Shown one piece after another: positions 28,768 to 36,156 of a DNA stretch of 64,000 nt (positions are counted from its first letter, which is position 1; every line of letters begins with the position of its first letter). The translations under genes and the position numbers were made by a program. The notes beneath the pieces were generated by a model. The model saw nothing but the letters and a program-made list of their open reading frames with translations. It was not told the DNA's origin and did no database searches. Source of the DNA: an uncultured Cryobacterium sp. (lineage in GTDB: Bacteria; Actinomycetota; Actinomycetes; Actinomycetales; Microbacteriaceae); NCBI GenBank assembly GCA_964651535.1, contig CAZYYE010000001.1:273547-337546 (forward strand). The letters run 5' to 3'.

Positions 28768-29588
28768 TGACTACACGCAACGAGCTGCTTTCCCTCGCGA
28801 CGGACATTGCCGTCGAAGCCGGCGAGCTGGCCATGCGGAGCCGCGCGGAAGGCGTCACGGTTGCGGCGACGAAGTCCTCCGTCGAGGATGTCGTCACGCA
28901 GGCGGATCGCGACACGGAAGACCTCATCCGATCACATCTGGCGGCGGCGAGACCGGATGACGGCATCCTCGGGGAGGAGGGCGGCGGTTCGGTTGCCGGA
29001 ACGAGCGGCCTCACGTGGGTCGTCGATCCGATCGATGGAACGGTCAACTACCTGTACGGAATCCGGCACTACGGCGTGAGCATCGCCGTCGTGGAAGGCG
29101 GGCAGGATCCGTCGACCTGGACTGCGCTCGCCGGGGTCGTCAACAATCCGGCGGCCGGCGAAGTGTTTGCGGCGGCCAGGGGCGACGGTTCGACTCTCAA
29201 CGGCGCGCCGATCAGGGTCGCGGCACCGGTCGATCTGTCTCGAGCGCTCATCGGCACGGGGTTCGCCTACCTCGCCCAACGTCGCACGGAGCAGGCGCTC
29301 GTGATCGCCGAACTGATCAGTCAGGTGCGAGACATCCGCAGGCAGGGCGCAGCGGCGCTCGATTTGTGCGATGTGGCCATGGGGCGGCTGAACGGCTACT
29401 TCGAGACCGGTCTGAATCCGTGGGATCATGCCGCGGGTGCGCTCATCGCGCAGGAGGCCGGAGCTCGAGTCGGCGGGCTGGCGGGTTCCCGCGGCTCCGC
29501 CGAGTTTCTACTGGCTGCGGAACCGAGTGTCGCGGAGGCTCTGGAGCGAGCAATTGTCACGAGTGGAACCCCCTTCCGGGGGTGGTAA
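28767..29588 (+). CDS. Inositol monophosphatase family protein (SuhB/ImpA-like)
   Basis: Motifs ILGEEGG, WVVDPIDGTVNY and WDHAAG. The ATG at 28767 shares its A with the tRNA-Tyr CCA end. The upstream part of track ORF 28668 runs through the tRNA and is not coding. Confidence 0.85.
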   Translation: MTTRNELLSLATDIAVEAGELAMRSRAEGVTVAATKSSVEDVVTQADRDTEDLIRSHLAAARPDDGILGEEGGGSVAGTSGLTWVVDPIDGTVNYLYGIRHYGVSIAVVEGGQDPSTWTALAGVVNNPAAGEVFAAARGDGSTLNGAPIRVAAPVDLSRALIGTGFAYLAQRRTEQALVIAELISQVRDIRRQGAAALDLCDVAMGRLNGYFETGLNPWDHAAGALIAQEAGARVGGLAGSRGSAEFLLAAEPSVAEALERAIVTSGTPFRGW

Positions 29589-29790
29589 ATTCACAGGGTC
29601 ATGGGCTATTCTTTATGAGTTCGTTACCTGACCGGGTGTCGATTGCTGCGGTAACGGGCCGGTTCGACTTGCGTGCCCCCTGTCCTTGTCGGCCAGATGT
29701 TTGAGGAGATTCGCTGAAATGTGGACGTTGCAGTGTGATGTGCGCGCGTCCAGCGAACCCACCAACTTCGAGATTGAGAACTGATAGTCC

Positions 29791-31035
29791 GTGAGTGAGT
29801 TCAGGAAGCGCAGAGCCGACGGCTCGCACACTCCCGACCCGGATTCCGGATTCGCTCTGCTCGGATTCGACACCAGTTCTGTTTCTCCGACGACTGCCAG
29901 CACCCGTGTTCCGACGGTGGCCGAACAACTTGCGGACGCACCAACGCCCGTTGCGGCTCAGGTTGTGCGGCCCGAAGTGACTTCCGCGCCCGCGCCGCTG
30001 ACGCCGCTGACCCGTCGCGAACTTCGCGCACAGGAGCAGGCTGCGCTCGCGGCGGCCACGTCCGCAACGGCGAGTGCGGTTCCGGAACCTGCGCGGCAGG
30101 CGATGCCGCACGAGACCGCGCCAGCTGCGCCCTCGCTTCAGACCCCGCTCTCGCATGCATCCACCGCGACGCGGCGCGGAGCCGCTTCGAGTTCATCGCG
30201 CAAGGTGAAGGCGCCCAGAAAGCCGAAGGCGTCGAGACCGGTGAAACCGCCTCGCGGCACGTTGCGTCCACGCGCAGCGACAGCACCGCCGCGCCGCACT
30301 TCGTCGGGGCCAGTTCGGAAGAAGTCGCTCAAGCGCCAACTTTTGTCCAAGCTCATGACGATGGGCGCGATGATTGGCGCCGGCCTCATGATGGTGTCGA
30401 CGTCGTTGCCCGCCAATGCGTTTTTCCCCATGGAGGCGACGACAGGCACTGTCGCCGCACCCGCCCAGGCAGCACCCGTCGAAGTCCAGTCGCTGAAGGT
30501 GTCGGCTGTGGGGGATCAGACTTTTGCGCGTGACAACTACACGGCGGTGTCTCTCCGCGAGCGTCTGTTCCTCAAGTTCGGCAACCGCAACTGGGCATTC
30601 ACCAACAACCCCAACGGCACCATCCAGTGGCCGTTTGCAATTTCCGTCCCCATCAGCAGCGGGTTCGGCGAACGTATTGCGCCGTGTCGCGGTTGTTCCT
30701 CCTTCCACGAGGGCGTTGACTTCACTCCGGGTGGCGGGTTCCCGATTCAGGCGATTGCGGACGGCGTCGTGAGCCTGGTCGCCAACGACACGTGGGGTCT
30801 CGGCTCGCACGTGATCATCGATCACCACATCAACGGGCAGCTCGTGCAAAGTGTTTACGGGCACATGCAGCGCGGCTCGATTGCGGTGACGGTGGGTCAG
30901 CAGGTCAAGGTGGCCGACCAGGTCGGAAACGTCGGATCGACGGGTATTTCCACGGGTGACCACTTGCACTTCGAGATCCATGTCAATGGCGTGAAAGTGG
31001 ACCCGTTCGACTGGCTCAAGGCGAACGCGAACTAG
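29791..31035 (+). CDS. M23 family peptidoglycan metalloendopeptidase
   Basis: C-terminal LytM domain with HEGVDF and GDHLHFEI. The N-terminal half is disordered and Pro/Ala-rich, with one TM. Confidence 0.85.
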   Translation: MSEFRKRRADGSHTPDPDSGFALLGFDTSSVSPTTASTRVPTVAEQLADAPTPVAAQVVRPEVTSAPAPLTPLTRRELRAQEQAALAAATSATASAVPEPARQAMPHETAPAAPSLQTPLSHASTATRRGAASSSSRKVKAPRKPKASRPVKPPRGTLRPRAATAPPRRTSSGPVRKKSLKRQLLSKLMTMGAMIGAGLMMVSTSLPANAFFPMEATTGTVAAPAQAAPVEVQSLKVSAVGDQTFARDNYTAVSLRERLFLKFGNRNWAFTNNPNGTIQWPFAISVPISSGFGERIAPCRGCSSFHEGVDFTPGGGFPIQAIADGVVSLVANDTWGLGSHVIIDHHINGQLVQSVYGHMQRGSIAVTVGQQVKVADQVGNVGSTGISTGDHLHFEIHVNGVKVDPFDWLKANAN

Positions 31036-31317
31036 CTACACTTCGGTGAGCCGGTAGCCATCCGGGTCTCGAATCTCCCACTCGTCGAAGGGATGATTCT
31101 CGACCGCCGCGCGTGCGCGATTCACGGAGGCTTCCATCGCGTCGCGGGATCCCCACAGCGCAAGGCCGACGAGCACGCCCGCGTCCGCATCCTGCAGCGT
31201 GTGGACGCTGATGAGGCCCGGGGCACCTTCCAGGGCGTCGCCGTAGGCGTGCATGGATTCGATGAGCGGGCCGGTGGCGTCCGGCTTGGGGTGGTGGATG
31301 GAGAGCTGCACGAACAT
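31036..31317 (-). CDS. Antibiotic biosynthesis monooxygenase (ABM)-like small protein
   Basis: 93-aa ferredoxin-like alpha+beta pattern. Its stop abuts the M23 gene stop with no spacer. Confidence 0.65.
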   Translation of the reverse strand: MFVQLSIHHPKPDATGPLIESMHAYGDALEGAPGLISVHTLQDADAGVLVGLALWGSRDAMEASVNRARAAVENHPFDEWEIRDPDGYRLTEV

Positions 31318-31424
31318 GGTGTTCCTCTCGAGGGATCATTATGGTCGAACACGTCGAAACTACTCCGTGTTCCGGTGTTAGTCTCTTACGGTGCCAATCC
31401 CGCGCATGTCGCGGTCTTTTGTGC

Positions 31425-31496
<72 letters not shown>

Positions 31497-31531
31497 CGGC
31501 CATCCGGTAGTTTTTGTCCGCCGGATGCCGT

Positions 31532-31605
31532 GGCTGGGTAGCTCAGTTGGTGAGAGCGCACGACTCATAATCGTGAGGTCGCGGGTTCGAATCCCGCCCC
31601 AGCTA
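31532..31605 (+). tRNA. tRNA-Met (CAT), elongator type; integration target
   Basis: Acceptor GGCTGGG/CCCAGCT, anticodon loop CTCATAA, T-arm GCGGG-TTCGAAT-CCCGC. Its 3' 42 nt are duplicated at 36157. Confidence 0.9.
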
Positions 31606-31607
31606 CA
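31564..31607 (+). repeat. attL: 44-bp direct repeat (anticodon loop to 3' end of tRNA-Met)
   Basis: CTCATAATCGTGAGGTCGCGGGTTCGAATCCCGCCCCAGCTACA is identical to 36157-36200. Confidence 0.85.
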
Positions 31608-32607
31608 GATCAGAAAGCCCGAGAATCCGGAGTTTTGCCGCCTTCTCACCCCCCTCGAAAGTGACCTCACGATTCGAGGGGTTCATCTTTTCTCGGATGG
31701 CCAACGCCGCATCGGTTGACGACGAGCGCGTATAAAGCTCAGTTGTCGAGATGGAGGCATGGCCGGCTACCCGCTGAATGTTCTGGGGCGAGTTCCCGGC
31801 ACGAGCCAGCCGCGTAAGGAACGTGTGCCGCAGATCATGAAAGCGCAAAGCTCTACCGTCCGCGAATGTGGCGATTCCGTCGCGTATCTTCTCCCACTTC
31901 ACAGCGCGGGAAAGGTTGCCACTATCGAACGGGCCGCCACGCACGCCAGTAAAGACGTGCTCGAAACCCGCTTGCTGCGCCAGCTCGAGCCACGGCATGA
32001 GTTCATTGAGAATTGGCACGCTGCGGATGCGGCCGCTTTTGGTGGCGCGAATCTCGAGCTTGCCGTGACCGTTGGGCGAGAACGTGCGCCGCACCGTTAT
32101 GAGGCCCTGCCCTGCATCCACATCCTCCCAACGAAGGCCGACCAGCTCACCGAGCCGCAGACCAGTGAAGGCAAGCCCGGCAAGAGCACGCTGCCCGAAC
32201 GGGTGAAAGGCGGTGAGGGTAAGCATGCGAGCGACCTGTACATCACTGAGGGCGCGGCTAGCAGGGTCAGCATCGTGATTCTTGCCACGCGACCGAGGGA
32301 GCGAACGGCAGGGGTTCGAACCGATGCGGCCATCCATCACCGCAAGCTCGAGCAGACGCGAAAGCAGGGCGAGAGCATCCTGTTTGGTCGATGCGCTCCC
32401 ATCCCATGCAGCACGAGCGCGGGAAATGACGAGGGCCGTTAGCCCAGAAAGGGGCAGGCTCCCCAGTGAAGGTCGCACACGTAGCCGCCAGGCACGCTCA
32501 TAGGCCGCGACAGCATTAGAGACCAAGCCTTCCTCGACCAGCGCGTGATTCTCGTCGTAGAAATCGGCAAGCGTCACCCCCGCACGATCGTCGGTCATTA
32601 GTCTCAT
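31603..32607 (-). CDS. Tyrosine-type site-specific integrase
   Basis: Catalytic residues in context: LRLGELVGLRWEDV (Arg), HDLRHTFLTRLA (His-x-x-Arg), GHASISTTELYTR (His, Tyr). Its stop codon lies inside attL. Confidence 0.9.
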   Translation of the reverse strand: MRLMTDDRAGVTLADFYDENHALVEEGLVSNAVAAYERAWRLRVRPSLGSLPLSGLTALVISRARAAWDGSASTKQDALALLSRLLELAVMDGRIGSNPCRSLPRSRGKNHDADPASRALSDVQVARMLTLTAFHPFGQRALAGLAFTGLRLGELVGLRWEDVDAGQGLITVRRTFSPNGHGKLEIRATKSGRIRSVPILNELMPWLELAQQAGFEHVFTGVRGGPFDSGNLSRAVKWEKIRDGIATFADGRALRFHDLRHTFLTRLARAGNSPQNIQRVAGHASISTTELYTRSSSTDAALAIREKMNPSNREVTFEGGEKAAKLRILGLSDL

Positions 32608-32652
32608 AGTCCGAGACTAAAGGACTACACGAGTTAGTGCAACACTTTGCGA

Positions 32653-33045
32653 CTAGCCCTTTTCTTGGCGCTCCGCCATTCCCTTCACGAATGCGGCAAC
32701 ATCGACCTTTAGGCCAGGGAACTCGTAGATGTCGGGGTGCTCTCCAAAGACGCCTCGGAACTGAGAAACTCGTCGGTAAACGCTTGATCTGCTCATGCCG
32801 AGGTTCTTCTGCATCCCTTCAAAACCGCCCACCAGTCGCCACATCACCCAGAATCCAACTAGGTCGAACAATGTGGAGTTGACGTAGCCGCGCATGAGTG
32901 TTTTTAGGCCGGGGAAGGCCGAGAGAAGCGGCTCGTTGACGGACTTGTTCGCGGCGTAGTACGTGTCCCACGCTGATTCGAGGGCGCTCTTCGCCCGACC
33001 TTCACCCTCTGGTGATGGCATTCGATCCGCTCTAAAGTCCGCCAT
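32653..33045 (-). CDS. Hypothetical HTH protein (candidate element regulator or recombination directionality factor)
   Basis: 130 aa with a C-terminal HTH-like GMSRSSVYRRVSQFRGVFG. It sits between the effector and int. I do not recognise the family. Confidence 0.5.
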   Translation of the reverse strand: MADFRADRMPSPEGEGRAKSALESAWDTYYAANKSVNEPLLSAFPGLKTLMRGYVNSTLFDLVGFWVMWRLVGGFEGMQKNLGMSRSSVYRRVSQFRGVFGEHPDIYEFPGLKVDVAAFVKGMAERQEKG

Positions 33046-33168
33046 GACGCCTCATCTCGTAGTTCAACTATCTGAGACTACAAGACTAAGGCTTTGCGCC
33101 GTCATGACGCTACCTAAGCCAACTCTCCCGAAATCCTCTATACAAGATCAAGAGATCTCCCTGATCGC

Positions 33169-33678
33169 TCAGAGGAAACTGTCAATAACGACAGCCAGTG
33201 TGCACGCAAATGATGCCAAGGCGATCATCCAAAGGCCAAGCTGGATACCTCGATACTTCCGATCGACGATTCCGGAGATGATCTTTAGCTGATCGAATAC
33301 CCGAGCATCGATCCCCTTCGACGTGCGGATCAGGTTGGCCTCGAGCCGGTTGGCTGGCGTAGCTACGACATCTCCAAAGTAAGCGATGATCGCAGGTACC
33401 CGCTCGCCCCTGTATGCAGTGCGCGGGTACACGGAGTAAGCAAATGCGACGATTGCGCCAACGCCGCTGGCGCTACCTACCCACCAAAGCCATTGCACGC
33501 ACGCCATGAGATCGAATGGAGTCCAGTCACCGGCGACAATAGCGGCGACGATTGCGCCAAGCGCTACCCCCGCTGCAGCAAGCAACAGGGACGACTTACC
33601 GTCGGCTCGGGCAAGTTCCTCACGAGCCTCGCGCAGGATCGTCTCAGCAAGAACGATGTGACGTTTCGACTTGGACAT
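33169..33678 (-). CDS. Small three-TM protein resembling Pycsar TM effector (formerly DUF5706)
   Basis: 169 aa with an N-terminal helix ending in ELARADGKSSLLL that runs into TM1, plus two further hydrophobic helices. Its start overlaps the cyclase stop by 1 nt (TAATG). Confidence 0.6.
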   Translation of the reverse strand: MSKSKRHIVLAETILREAREELARADGKSSLLLAAAGVALGAIVAAIVAGDWTPFDLMACVQWLWWVGSASGVGAIVAFAYSVYPRTAYRGERVPAIIAYFGDVVATPANRLEANLIRTSKGIDARVFDQLKIISGIVDRKYRGIQLGLWMIALASFACTLAVVIDSFL

Positions 33679-34619
33679 TACTTGAGAAGTTCCTCAATCA
33701 GGGACAGATGCTCCGCCTTCCACTCGACGCGCGCTAAGTCTCGTCGCTTGCGCGCGTCTTGCTTCTCAACCGAACCAAAAGAAAGCAAATTTCGTTCACT
33801 ACGCACAGACTGTGGGATGTCGTCGCGCTTGGTCTTGCCGTCTAAGATTGCCTGGCAAAAGTCCTCACCGTGATTCACGCACCACTTGGTCTCAAGGGAC
33901 TTACCGTACATCTCGTCATCCGGGATCTTCTCAATGTCGTAGTCGTGCCACAAAAGGGTGGGCCCCGAGTTGCAGCCGCATGAGAATGCTATGTAGTCGT
34001 TGTCTTCGATCGCGTCCCAAACGCTGGCCGTAACCAGTAGCGCGTCAGGTTCAGTTTGCTGGGCTGCCTTTGCGGCATAGTTAACGGGGCGTCCGGCCCA
34101 CACGGGTTCTTGCAGTTCGAGGTGGCGAGGAAGCCCCACGCGTTTCACAAGCACCGGCCCGCTCGCAACGGCAACCTTGAAGCCGGTTTTAGGTGACTCG
34201 GTCCACTTGGCCAGGAGTTGGGTCGCGAAATCATCACTGAAAGAACGGGTAGTGATGGCAGCTGCCATCGCTCGCTCGTATCGACGGTCGCCCCAAAAGA
34301 GTGCGAATCCGCCGTCGCCCTGAATGTCGACGAAATCTGCATCGAAAGTCTCGAAAATTACGACGACTCCACCAACCCCGGCGTCATAGATGCTTGCGAC
34401 GCTGCGCGGATTCTTTCCCTTGGCGAGATTTGTAGATGATTTCAAATCGACCATCACAGCGACTACATCAGAAAGCCGATGCCACTCGTCGCCGATTTTG
34501 AGATTACCAATGTCGAAGTTTCCGTCCTTGCTGATGACCTTTGGCATCAACTCAAACTTCTTCTTTGTGCGAGCGGACAAGTTGTCCAATGTTTCAAACA
34601 GCGCGGTAGTCATGGCCAT
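33678..34619 (-). CDS. Class III nucleotide cyclase domain protein (Pycsar PycC-like) with C-terminal extension
   Basis: Motifs in canonical order: VAVMVDLKSST (metal Asp), DIQGDGGFALF (second Asp), VAVASGPVLVKRVG, VWAGRPVNYAAKAAQ, LLVTASVWD. The second ATG at 34613 has better SD spacing (GGAG-N6). Confidence 0.7.
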   Translation of the reverse strand: MAMTTALFETLDNLSARTKKKFELMPKVISKDGNFDIGNLKIGDEWHRLSDVVAVMVDLKSSTNLAKGKNPRSVASIYDAGVGGVVVIFETFDADFVDIQGDGGFALFWGDRRYERAMAAAITTRSFSDDFATQLLAKWTESPKTGFKVAVASGPVLVKRVGLPRHLELQEPVWAGRPVNYAAKAAQQTEPDALLVTASVWDAIEDNDYIAFSCGCNSGPTLLWHDYDIEKIPDDEMYGKSLETKWCVNHGEDFCQAILDGKTKRDDIPQSVRSERNLLSFGSVEKQDARKRRDLARVEWKAEHLSLIEELLK

Positions 34620-34897
34620 CTCCGTTCGGGTTCGGGTTGGGGGTACTGACCTTAGTCCTAGACATGCGGAATCGACGTAGCGACACGCCGAAACGAGGGT
34701 CTAAGTACTTCCAGCTGCCGCCCTTCGCGCTTTGCGCTCCGGTTGCCCTTGATCTGAGGGTGTGGCACCGCAATGGCCGGGTTGCTGGTCCGGAGTATGG
34801 ACGGGTGGTCGTGCGGCGCCTCGCGTTCGCCCCTTCGGGGCACCACGCGCAGCATCCGCACGACCGCCTAACCCTTGTGGCCGATCAGCGTCACCGG

Positions 34898-35032
34898 TCA
34901 GGCGCAGTACGCGCACAACTCACTACCCAGCGCATCCCGCACCCCGTTAGCCGGAGTTGGGTTACCGCACTTGTCACACGCGCGAAGGCCCATCATTGCG
35001 CACATCTCGCAATCTGGTTCAGCCATGTTCAT
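34898..35032 (-). CDS. 44-aa triple-CxxC (zinc-ribbon-like) miniprotein
   Basis: Hand translation: MNMAEPDCEMCAMMGLRACDKCGNPTPANGVRDALGSELCAYCA. It starts 16 nt after the rep stop and is below the track cutoff. Confidence 0.4.
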   Translation of the reverse strand: MNMAEPDCEMCAMMGLRACDKCGNPTPANGVRDALGSELCAYCA

Positions 35033-35047
35033 CACCCCCTTTCCCCA

Positions 35048-36130
35048 TCACGGCACCGCCGCCGAACAGGGAGCCAGCTCACGCCGCAACCGCACCGCGC
35101 GACCCTCCACCGCCCCCACCAGGTCAACGACCGGCACCGACGATTCGGCCCTTGCCGTGTCAACCCCTTGGGAAAGGAACCACTCCAGCCGCAGTCGGCG
35201 CTGCACCGTCCGAGTTAGCCCAGTGAACGACCAACCGGTGCGGTGCTTGGTGCGCCGCGATGCACTCACCACTTGCGAGCGTGACCCGTACCGGTCATGG
35301 ACACGGCTTCGGCAATCCACCAACGTGCAGTCCACCGAGCAGCGCATGGCCGCCGCCGCACGCTCGAGCGCGGCCAGGTGCGCCCACACCTGCGTGTGCA
35401 CCCTCTCCCCGGTCTGCACCACGTCCTTCATCACATAGTTCAGCGCCTTGGAGAGATACCAAATCGTTTTTGCCCCGTCACCGTCCGCACGGAACATGTC
35501 GCACCGGAATTGCGCGCCCCACTCCACGAATGTGCCGTCAATTTTCGAGATCGCCACCGCAGACCGTGCCGCCTCGCCCAACACCGTCGCAGCCGGTGCC
35601 TCGCCCCGAGCAATACGCACGAGGGCGTGAACATGCAGCACTCCACGGTCCTGCCATTCACGCACAATGAAGTACTCGGCAGAATCCCATCGGTCACGGA
35701 TGCGCCGTCGAGTGCGATCCCACAGCACACCCGCGTCACGGTTCCACGCAACCTGCCCCGCGTAGTCATACCGCGACGCATCCAGGGGAACACCACGCAG
35801 CCCCGCATCCGTCGTGCGGTGATGCTCACCACAGCCGCACCTGGCCGAGCTACCCGAGTCGGCACGCGGCACCCGATGCACCGCACCAAACGACGGAGCC
35901 GTCAACGTCAGCAGATAGAACTGGAACTGCGATACTGGGCCGTCGAAAACCCCCGACCGAGCAATCGCCGCCCAGTCACCCCGGTACAGCTCTGCGCAGG
36001 ACGCGCACGCACTCCGCACCCGCGAACCACATCGAACCCAGATACCGGTCTTAGTCTTGATTGGCCGAACACAGCCACGACTGAGAACCTCAGCTGCACC
36101 GTCTTCGAGTGGGTTCGTACTTGCTCGCAT
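35048..36130 (-). CDS. RepSA-like replication initiator protein (actinomycete integrative element type)
   Basis: 360 aa with CGSRVRSACASCAELYRGDW, FYLLTLTAPSFGAVH and VREWQDRGVLHVHALVR, as in pSAM2-family Rep proteins. Confidence 0.8.
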   Translation of the reverse strand: MRASTNPLEDGAAEVLSRGCVRPIKTKTGIWVRCGSRVRSACASCAELYRGDWAAIARSGVFDGPVSQFQFYLLTLTAPSFGAVHRVPRADSGSSARCGCGEHHRTTDAGLRGVPLDASRYDYAGQVAWNRDAGVLWDRTRRRIRDRWDSAEYFIVREWQDRGVLHVHALVRIARGEAPAATVLGEAARSAVAISKIDGTFVEWGAQFRCDMFRADGDGAKTIWYLSKALNYVMKDVVQTGERVHTQVWAHLAALERAAAAMRCSVDCTLVDCRSRVHDRYGSRSQVVSASRRTKHRTGWSFTGLTRTVQRRLRLEWFLSQGVDTARAESSVPVVDLVGAVEGRAVRLRRELAPCSAAVP

Positions 36131-36156
36131 AACGAGCGACTACTACGGACACACGC

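Noticed and set aside
29589-29790. Canonical ydaO/c-di-AMP riboswitch call
   Set aside because: Only fragments of the consensus are visible, and the two GGGG-containing halves of the pseudo-symmetric motif are not found. I kept it only as a low-interest finding, not as a feature.
34620-34897. Possible excisionase gene in the gap between the CxxC miniprotein and the cyclase (track ORFs 34658..34861 and 34701..34916)
   Set aside because: I translated all three minus-strand frames. They give only Arg/Pro/Gly-rich strings without an HTH or any Xis-like pattern. I treat the region as the promoter/leader of the cyclase operon, and it contains a GCCCC-TTCG-GGGC hairpin.
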